Shown here: positions 49,986 to 59,700 of the stretch, piece by piece
How the letters are laid out: each line of letters starts with the position of its first letter
Numbering within the stretch: position 1 is the first letter of the stretch
Origin: Psammoneis japonica
Taxonomy: Eukaryota
Length of the DNA: 64,000 nt
Assembly: GCA_008632985.1 (NCBI GenBank)
Contig: QPGO01000012.1
Span: 62,001-126,000, forward strand
Reading direction: 5' to 3'
The notes under the pieces: model-generated
The model's input: only the letters and a program-made list of their open reading frames with translations
Told to the model about the DNA's origin: nothing
Databases searched by the model: none
Program-made: the position numbers and the translations under genes

Positions 49986-52665
49986 ACTTGAAACATTGCA
50001 GACTTTTAATTTTGATGGTCCAAGTTGGTGTGGGTGACAGAAAATGATTGAATGGTTGACACTTTTCTCCCCCAGTTGACACGAGGTCTTTTGTCTTTTC
50101 TTCTGCCTGCTCTGCAAAATGGCAGAAATTGTTGAGAGAATGCAAGGAGCCACAATGTCACCTGCACCATTTCCACATGACATCCTTTGTTGTGTTGCAG
50201 AATTGTCTGTCTTTTGCATCATGGGCAAGTCAAACTCTCTGCATGTCAACAGCAGCAAATGCATTGTTGACTTCTGTCATGAGGTCAGACAGCATTTCAT
50301 CATTGGATCCATCTGTGATCTCTTTTTTGACACAGTTTTGCCATTCTTTTTTCTTTCCCTCATCAGGATTGACCAGTGAAATCCTCTTTTCACCAAGTGG
50401 CTCAGGCACTCTGAGAGCACTCAAAAACTGTTTGGCAGCTGTGTGTGCATTTCTTTGCAGTTTCATGCCAAAGCAAGAGTCAAGTCATTCATTTTTGGTG
50501 TGAGCCATTTTGTGACTTCAAGTGACACAACCCCTCAATTTCATGTGTGTTGTCAGGACAAAAGCTCCAAAACACCAAAGATGTGGTTTTCTGATGACTC
50601 ATTTTCCCAGCCAAGCAGCTGCCATCATTGACATTTTCTTCCAAAAACATGTGCCCCCTTGAGACAGTTTTCATGCCACCATGTGGTGCCAAGTGTTGTG
50701 GCACACTGACAGAGCAACAACCTCAATGGCGTCTCTGTGAGACACACTGAGACCAGCATGTGAACATGCTGGTGAAAATGCACATCACACCATTGCTTTG
50801 ACCAAAGAGCCCACCAGCCTCAGAGACCCCCCATTGGGCCAGGGTGGCCAGCTTCTTCTTGTGAGATTCTTGCTTTGTCAAATTTGTCAGAGTGTCCTCA
50901 TCAACTGACCCACTGGACTTCATAAACAGCCCACTGCTGATGAGCTGTCTGGGGGCAACATTCCCAAACCTCTGAATTTGCAAGGTTGTGAGCACTTGCA
51001 AACACATGCCTGCTGGGCTGGGAGCTGGAGCTCTGTGTCAACAACTCCACAGTGTGCTGCTGCACACCACAGAACAGGGAAGTTAAAAATCAAATTACCC
51101 TCAGCACTTTGTTTGGCATGAGGCAAAATCTCTGACAATTTGGTTGGAGAGGAAAATCAGCTTCCTTTTCACATTGCTTTTTAAAAAGCAACAAAAGGCC
51201 ACTGTCGCACACATCAACCAGCAGCTGTTGCCCCCTCATGCTGCTGTTGAGCAGCAAGTGACAATGTGGTCATTGCTAACGGCTACAATTTGAGCAGTAA
51301 AACAGAAGACCATGCAAAGACGACGCACAAAAAAAAGATTCATTTTTTGCCTTCATCTTTGACGTCTACTCTAGAGGGACTAGGTCTAGGACTACCGGTA
51401 CAGTCAGCTTTCTCACGATGAAGTTTATTTGCCACGTTGGAATCTTTTTACTTGCTTGCGCTCTTTGTGAAGCGCTTGAAGCGACAGGTGAGCGAAATCC
51501 TTTGATCTTTGATGATGCCGTGTTGCGAAAAGGACGCAATGGCGCCTTCTTGCCTTAATTATTTGTGTCTTCTTTGAAAACGCCTGTTTGACATGTCTTT
51601 CGTACCTCCCTTGCCCTTGTAGTAGATACAACGTCAATGGGACCGAAGGATGGCGATTCCTCCTCTACGATGAATTTGCGAGTAAGTTTCTTTTTGAAAA
51701 AGAACCAATGGTGTTGTTCCAAGCCTCCATCTGTCTTTCTTTTGTATTTCCTCCATACTCACGACACCACCTCCTTTACACTGTGCTCTATTGTTTCTGC
51801 TGTGCTTCTTGCTGCATGCTATTTTGTAGCGCGCACTCAGCAGCGACAGCAGTGGCAGAGATAGCAGCAGCAGCAGCGACATCAGCAGCAGCGATGTGGT
51901 AAGCACTGTAAGTAGTCAGCCAAGCCATTCTCCGATTGTACATTGTCTCTCAATCCTGCAACCAACACTTTCCGCCTTTCTGTCTTCTGTTCTCTTCTAA
52001 CACAGGGGCGAAACTTCAACACCGTGAGTAACAGCACTTTAAGCCAGTTTGGACTCATGCGTCAGAACTGAATCTCGTCGCTCACTCTCTCTTCTTTCCT
52101 ACTTAAACACCTAGCCATGCTCTGGGGATTCAGATTGTGATGAAAGGTTTGACTTTTGCAGGGATGGAAGATGGTGAGGTTTGAATGCTGCTCGTCTATT
52201 TTGCCAATTCTTTTGCAACAGGGATGTCTCATCGTTAAGGAACAATCTCACATTTTAATGTGTCATCTTTTCTAGCGTATGGAAGTATTTCAGCGGATCT
52301 CGTTGTGACCGTGATGCTCAGTGCCGGAGCGGTTGGTGCGATCTAAACTATACTCAAAGGAACATATGTTCGGATCCATTGTCCTCCGGTGCATTCTGTA
52401 CCAGGAATGAGCAGTGCCGAAGTGGCCGATGCAACACGAACATCCTAGTCTTACAATGTGTCTAGGTATATCCTGGTGTTCCAAGAAATGGAGAAGTTTT
52501 GTGGTTGTGCATATTTTGGTCGAAAAAGTATTAAATGTTGTTGCAGTCTAGCACTATTATGTTCATCCAGTAGAGCCTTGTCCGGCTTGCCATCCCTCCG
52601 TTCCTACCAATGAGTATATTAGCCGGCGAAAAGAGATGAAGGTTCATCAAGCATTGTGTTTGGTA

Positions 52666-52995
52666 CAGATGAAACCATGCGTTCGTCGAGGTCGGCATTG
52701 CCATCATCAGTTCAACCTAGTCGCCAAAACAAAGTGCGACAACTAGTTTTGTATCAAGGTGATTTCTGCTCTGCCTCGTCCTTGGCGCCCAGTGAATTGG
52801 GAGAGCATGGGCAATGCAGTGTTGGAAGCAGATGAAACCAAGCGTTCGTCGAGGTCGACATTGCCATCATCAGTTCAGCCTAATCGCCAAAACAAAGTGC
52901 GGCAACACGTTTTGTATCAAGGTTATCTCTGCTCTGCCTCGTCCTTGGCTCCCGGTGAAGTGGGAGAGCATGGATATTGCAGTGTTGGGAGCAGT
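52666..52995. repeat. Tandem duplication, period ~163 bp, normal dinucleotide content
   Basis: CAGATGAAACCA..GCGTTCGTCGAGGTCG at 52666 and 52829. Confidence 0.92.
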
Positions 52996-53087
52996 CTCAG
53001 CCTACAAGTTTCTCTAGCTACTCGTACAGAGATAGAAAGTAAGAGAAACATTTGCGTTGATTTTAGAGATCGGGCGAGCTCTACTGC

Positions 53088-53741
53088 TTAATTCGGAAGC
53101 GAAGCCTTCTCCGCGAACCGTGAAAGTGTCGTTTCTTCTTGATTGTCACAATGATGGTTCATGAGTTCCTCCATGAGTACATTTACTTGGCGTTTTATTT
53201 CCATGCTGACCCGTCGGTATGCTCCATCACCTTCACCGTCTCTGGCACAAGCCGTGGGGGCGTCGACGTTCCATTCGCGAACCTGTTTGGATTTGTTGGC
53301 AAGCGTATGTTTGATATCATCACCACAACTACACAAAATAACCAGTTGATCAATCATGAGCGTATCCGTCGTTTGCTTTTTCGTAGATGATTCCGTCGGC
53401 TCATCTTGAAGCTTGAAGAGTACTTCGTCGATTGTCTTGGGCGCAAAGGACGAAATGTCGACACCATCCAATGCCATGGCTTGAACTGCCTTGCTCTTGA
53501 CCGTCTTGCGTTGTTTAGGTGTCGAACATGGATCGCAGCAACAAGGCTCTTCCGTAGTAGTGACGCCATTAAATACAGAGGATGAATCCAACGCGACAGA
53601 GGCAATCACAAGTTGGTCCAGCAACGCTTGGTGACGACTGTTCGTCTTGCGTTGTTCTTGACGAACCCACTCTCTCGCCCATCCTTCTGCCATTTGAGAG
53701 CGACAGCTGTTGGAGCGGCATGCAAAGATTATCAATTTCAT
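53088..53741 (-). CDS. LMW-PTP/ArsC-family protein (thioredoxin-type arsenate reductase-like)
   Basis: MKLIIFACRSNSCRSQMAEGWA (CX5R P-loop), AVQAMALDGVDIS, LVILCSC, WNVDAP. Confidence 0.8.
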   Translation of the reverse strand: MKLIIFACRSNSCRSQMAEGWAREWVRQEQRKTNSRHQALLDQLVIASVALDSSSVFNGVTTTEEPCCCDPCSTPKQRKTVKSKAVQAMALDGVDISSFAPKTIDEVLFKLQDEPTESSTKKQTTDTLMIDQLVILCSCGDDIKHTLANKSKQVREWNVDAPTACARDGEGDGAYRRVSMEIKRQVNVLMEELMNHHCDNQEETTLSRFAEKASLPN

Positions 53742-54317
53742 TATATAATATGCAGACAAAATAGTAGTGATTTTTTGTCCCCGCGATGATTTCTCAGAAA
53801 AAGTTGAACAGTCAGCTCCTATTGTCGTGATGGACTTGGCAAAAACAACAAACGAACGACTTTGAAAGGCTTCACCACACAATAGTCGACATCGAATGCG
53901 TAATAAAAAACTATGTTCCCGCAACCTTGCCCCCCCCTGTCTTGAAAACTGCGTGAGCTTGAAGCTGTTTTGACACCAAAGGTCGATAAAGATGAATGAG
54001 CGCCAAAACGGCGTGAGGAGGAGTCGGAAGCAGCATCGGCAGCAAATGTTCAATCATTAAAATACATTCAGGGCTGAATACCAAGGAATATTACGGCTGA
54101 CGCACGCGCGACTCACTCTATCTGCGCCACAATAAAATGAAACCGCCCCACTTCTCGCGCGCAAAATCGGAAACCTGCTCACGCGGCTCTCAGCAAGCTC
54201 TGAGATGGCAATACCATAACCTCACTGGTGGCGTCGCAGCTGGAAGAGAAGGTGCACATAACAACTTCTCAGTAGTCTATCAACAACGCTACTTTATCGT
54301 GAGTTTGTTCGAACCGT

Positions 54318-54467
54318 ATGACATTCAATCGACTTGAGGGCGACGGCCCTACAACCAAGCGGCTTGTGCTTTCAGCGCTTCTCTCGACGGCTCTCATTGG
54401 AAGCACGCCGACAGAAGCGTTTTCTTCACCATCCGACACTGTTTTGGCGGTTGCAACAGCATGGAAA

Positions 54468-54499
<32 letters not shown>

Positions 54500-55881
54500 T
54501 CCCAGTATGAGTCGCCTTTATTCCACAGCAGAAGAAAAAAAGGCAGAAACACGCTTGTATCGAGAGGATTTACCCGACTATGGAAAGACCTCTGTGGAGA
54601 TTGACAAGATCAAATTGGAAAAGAAGCAAAAGGCTTGGCGTCGCAAGGACTTGTACGGCACAACGTTGGTAGATCAAACCATGGCGGAACTCGAGACAGA
54701 TGCAGAGTTTCAAGAAACAGCCAAGAAACTAAAAGAAGTGGGAGCACAACAAATGTCTAAAGAAGAGCGTACAAAGCGCCGCCGAGCGCTGGATTCGTTG
54801 GGAGTTCCAGACTTTAATGTCTTTCTCAATCAAAAACTAAACAACAAGGATGAGCCTCTCGAGTTGGTACGAAAGGCACCCGAGGTCTTACAAATCAATA
54901 TTGGCCTTTATTGCAATCAGGCTTGCGCTCATTGTCACGTCGAAAGCAGTCCACTACGAACGGAAATGATGTCTGCCGAGGTGGCAGCGCAGTGCTTGAA
55001 ACTCTTGGAAAAGACCCCGTCCATCACAACGCTGGACATTACGGGCGGCGCACCGGAATTGAACGACAACTTTCGATACTTGGTCAAAATGGCACGCCAA
55101 CTTCGTCCCGACATTGACATTATTGATCGATGCAACCTGACCGTGTTGCAAGAACCGGGCCAGGAGGATCTGGTGGACTTTCTCAAGGAAAATCGCATTC
55201 ACGTCATTGCATCCCTGCCTTGCTATTCTTCCGAAAACGTCGATACGCAACGTGGCCACGGTGTCTTTGAACGATCCATTTCGGCGCTCTTGGCGCTCAA
55301 TGAGGCGGGGTACGGGACGGAGGAGAAGGGCCTGGAGCTTGATTTGGTGTACAATCCGTTGGGTGCCTTTTTGCCTCCACCGCAACAAGATTTGCAACAA
55401 AAGTACAAGGAAGTTCTTGCAGAGAACTTTGGAATCTTGTTTGATCATCTCTTTACCATGACAAACATGCCGGTGAAGCGGTTTACGGACTTTTTGTATC
55501 GTCGTGATGAGCTCAAGGATTACATGGATTTACTCGTTAGAAATTTCAACGCCGATACGACCAAGAGCCTAATGTGCCTCAACACCGTCAGTGTTGGTCA
55601 TGACGGGAAGGTACGTCTTTTTGTTTTCTGTGTTTGTGATGGTGTTTTGACTATCTTACAAAACTAGTCTTTATTTTTCGCTTGCAAAGATTTTCGACTG
55701 CGACTTTAATCAACAGCTGGGATACGGGGTTGGTGCCAATGACAAGATCCATCAAGATGGCATCACTGTGTTTGATTTGTCGTCACTTGACGACCTGGCT
55801 GCGTACGGCATTCGAAATGATAACCACTGCTTTGGCTGTACGGCAGGCATGGGCTCGAGCTGACAGGGAACCACGGCGTAG
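54318..55881 (+). CDS. arsS: ArsS-type radical SAM protein (arsenosugar-biosynthesis family), predicted selenoprotein; exons 54318-55610 and 55690-55881, UGA(Sec) at 55861-55863
   Basis: LQINIGLYCNQACAHCHVESSP (CX3CX2C), DITGGAPEL, ASLPCY, LVYNPLG, TNMPVKRF, LMC...SVGHDGK|IFDCDFNQ, HCFGCTAGMGSS-UGA-QGTTA-stop. N-terminal signal with TEAF motif. Confidence 0.88.
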
Positions 55882-55973
55882 TGAGCTGACAGAGTGTCAG
55901 TAAACACGTCGTGGTTGTATTCAGTCAAAAGAAAAAGGGCGTATCATGTTGTGTGTGGCAGCAAATGCGATAT

Positions 55974-56035
55974 GTGGAGCGAATGACTTGTCTGTTAGTG
56001 GTAATACATTCCACGTAGACAATGAGAGATTCCAC
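55974..56035 (+). promoter_or_regulatory. Eukaryotic SECIS element (type I-like)
   Basis: Helix I GTGGA/TCCAC; core ATGAC (55983-87)/TGAG (56023-26); helix II TTGTCT/AGACAA plus GTGG/CCAC; apical loop TAATACATT contains AA. Confidence 0.8.
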
Positions 56036-56793
56036 GGTCGTTGTTGCGCAACGAAGCATGCATGACGAGGAAGATGGTTAGCTGGGGCATGAAGGTGTAC
56101 AAGTAGTAGCTGTGCACATTACTCTAGATAATTGTTGAAATGAAGCAGATAATGCCAAAACACTTTTATGTAGACACCATGCACTCGATGGATTCTCGAC
56201 AAGCAATGTGCAAATGCCGGCGGAAATATCCGGTTCTGGTGCTGCCCAGTTTTCACGCCGAAAACGTTTTTGCTTGCTTTCCGTTTTCTTGGGGTTCACT
56301 CTTCCCCCCAACCATCAATGGCACAAATCAATCGATTGCACGTCGACAATGCAGCACATTTACAATGAGGTTCCAAAGTCCTCCCAATTCATGAGTCTCA
56401 GTAATGATGATGAATTCGACGACCACCGGCACTGGGCTTTCATGGACAGAGGTGCTCGCGGCGGTGTCGTCCATTCCGACAATGGTCTTTCTACAAACAC
56501 TGATGCCACTTCGCATCTTTGAGCAACAACTCTATTGATCAAGAACAACCAGAAGAGCTCGTCTAGAGTGGAACTAACAATAACCTTGAACAACCGAATC
56601 CCCAAGAGGAGAGGAGGCAGGCCATGTTGACAAATTGTAGTTCGTCTCAGATCGGTAAATCTCGAGGCACTCATTTCCTTTTTAAAAATGCCGAGACGGC
56701 ACTAAATGTGAAATGGGGCTTCTATAGCGTGGAATGGACGTTCGTGAAGAGAGGCCGATGCATACACAAAAAATCGAAACTTTTTGCATCAAG

Positions 56794-59700
56794 CTAAATT
56801 AGGTGTCCAAAGACGCATCGAAAGCCTAGAGCTACATCCGATGTATCGTGCAGCGGGGTAAAAGATTTGCTGTTGCTTTGGATTTTCTTCATAGCATCCC
56901 GGTAGAGCCTGTCGAATACCGGTAGAGGGGCCGTAGGGCACCAGAAGTGATACCCTTTGCACGGCTTGGCTACGGAAGGAAAGAACGCATGGAAAGCCGT
57001 TGTGCATTGATACTTCGCGAGATAGAGAACCGTCCTGTAGCAGTCAAGTTCGCCTTGAGCAAAAGAAAACTCATCTGATAAATGCTCCTGCCTTTTCATC
57101 ATTTCTCGCCGCTCGTTGTTGCAACGAAGCACACACTCAACAACTGGTTTGAAATCTCGTTTGTCACACGCTTCAACAAGCGTGACAAGAATTGAAGAGA
57201 GATGAGGATTTTCCCAGTCACCCTGAGAAAACCCCTGCAAGTTGAAGCTATTTAGCAAAGAAAAATCATCAAAGAGCTCTGCCAACCTCTTATCGATGTC
57301 ATCGTCACGTTTGCTTGGGGCCAGAACCGACGAGAGGCTTTTCGCAGCTGTAGAGCAACCGCGCTCCGCGACAGACCTATCCCAAGCCACAAAGGCGCAC
57401 ATATGCTTTGGCTGCTCGTGCTCTGCAGTTTTTCGTTCCAGCTGTATTGGCAAAGGGAGTGGAAGCGAAAATCGAGCGCAATACCATACGAAATTGAAGA
57501 AGAGAACAGGGTCGAGCTTGCGAAGAGTTTCTCTTTCCAAGACAGCTTCGCCGCGTTCGTTGACATGACGTTCCAAGGCGGTCCTCATGGCGGACGGGTT
57601 GAGATAAGTGACAAATTTAGCGGAATTGTCTTCACCGGCAGCTCCAGTGTCAATAACAGGGGCGATCTGGGGCGGAAGATATTGCAGCTCGCCGGACGGC
57701 AGGCCAAGGCGATGCGATGGGTCAGGGTCTCGGTTGACACCTCGCCCGAACATAGATCGTTTTGCCAAAAACGCTTCGTGTGAATCCTTATCGCGCACAG
57801 ACGCAGAATGAGCTGATGCTCCGTTCCGTGATGAGTGGGATGCCAGCTTTTTCTGTAGAGAACTTTCTGCGTTCGACTTGGCATTGCCAGGTTTCTCTAC
57901 TTTTTCTCCGGGCCTTAACGCGACGGCCTGCTCAAACGTCATTCTCTGTATCCAATTTTTGCAATGATTGAAGAGCCACAGCGAGGGCAACTCACAGCCC
58001 CGGGGACATCGAGCTCCCCTCCAACCACATCCCAACCACTTTGGACTTCCTCGTCCAAAGGGATATACGAACAGCTTTCACACTTGCTGGTTCGAGACCA
58101 TAGAGCTATCATTTCCACATCGTCTGCGGCAATCACGCGAGTTCCTTTCACATTGGTTTTCTCCAGGGGAACGAAAGAAGAAGCAAACGCTACGGGCACC
58201 CATGATTTTTGCTGAGAGCGTTTCTTTGCTTTATCAGTCGACGACGCGTGTGACTCTCGCTGACGCCACTGACGTCCGGAGTCTTCTAGAATCTCCAAAG
58301 CTCTGTCTAACGAGTTAAGTACGTTCTCGACACCTTCGTACTCTTTGCCACTAAAAAAACTTCCAACGTCTGTGTGCGCATCGTCGTTGGGCTTCCCAAT
58401 GGATCTCTTCGAAAAGCCTTCAGCGATCGCTCGAGTATATTGGCCTAGGGTCACGGCACTAGGAAATATTCCATCGGATCTTAGCAACCCAAACAGCTTG
58501 ACTAGCTCAGCCCTCCTGTCGCTGCGAGTCCTTCCACAAGCCACCATTAGTGCTCGATATGCCGCTTCGTCTGGAACAACGCGTTGTCGATTCCTGAGGA
58601 TGCGAAGCGCGCCAAGCGCACGCAAAAGGTATCGACTTTGCTGTTCTTGTGATAAGTTCGGTTGAGCAACTTGTGACGGAATGCACATCAGCCAGCATCC
58701 AAAGAAATGCGAACCCATAAGCTTCGGCAGTTGCCACATGCATCGTCTCTGATTGTTGAGACCACGGTAGGACGTCGCTATTTTTCTTCGCCGATTTGCC
58801 TCTTCCACTTCGCCTTCGCTTCGAGATAGCAATGGCGCCGGAGCCTCTGAGACTTCTACGAGCAACGATTCCGGCTTGTCGGAAAGAAAAGGCTACCATT
58901 TAGCTTTCCCGGGAAACAAGGATTGCCGTCGACGAAATACACGAACTGAGACCCTGGCGAAAGACCTTTCTTCGACGGCACCGTCACGACATCCCCGAAA
59001 GGATTTACCGCAAATTCTTCGTTCTCTTCAGATACGAAGCTATCATTCTTCAAAATTGGAGCAACGTCTTCAACATCAGGACCGGTTGCCATCGCGGCGC
59101 TACCCCTTCCTTCCGCATCTTCGGTTCGATTCTCATCGTGATGGTAGGGCTCGGTGGAGCATTGGTCGACCAACAAGCTATACAGCATTCGAGGTTGACC
59201 GGCTTCCGAAGAGAATATTGTCTCAACATCTCCTCCAAGTCTTCCGTAGGGTACTGGTGACGCGTGGTACTCGGTGAGTGACTCGTCAAACAGCAGGCAG
59301 TGCACATCACTAGCCTCGGTACGACGCTGAATGAAAGATTGAAAAAGCTGTGTTGTCACCAACGATCCGAGAAAAGGCGCTTTATCACGAGGAGCCGACG
59401 ACAGAAATCCTTGGGTGTCGAACCTTTAGGGAACGTAAGACACAACAAATGAGGAATGACGCGGGCTTCTTCGTTGTCGTTTCGTTCCTCTTTCTTACCA
59501 TTCATTCCCACTTATGAGAAAGTCAGCATCTGGGACAACCAGGTACCGATCATAGCCGGCGAGTACCGAACAAAAGAAACGGAGAAAAGAATCTCTCACA
59601 CATCTATCATCTAGCGGGTCGTTGCCTCTGTCTCCGCCAACGCCATAGTCGTCCACAACATGTGCTGGGAGAGACGCATCAAATGCAGGGTCGATTTGCG

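Larger units (their letters stand above)
43037..51270. mobile_element. Highly degenerate repeat block (with 35100-35949, the host DNA of the Copia insertion); nearly devoid of TpA and CpG
   Basis: Composition; tandem duplications; poly-C tracts at ~43604, ~47591 and ~49556. Confidence 0.55.

Noticed and set aside
35100..51270. Classical fungal RIP or plain CpG decay as the full explanation
   Set aside because: RIP increases TpA and CpG decay leaves TpA untouched; here TpA is the most depleted dinucleotide.
53742..54053. N-terminal extension of the 321-aa ORF 53088-54053
   Set aside because: The family P-loop normally lies at the extreme N-terminus; ATG at 53741 fits better.
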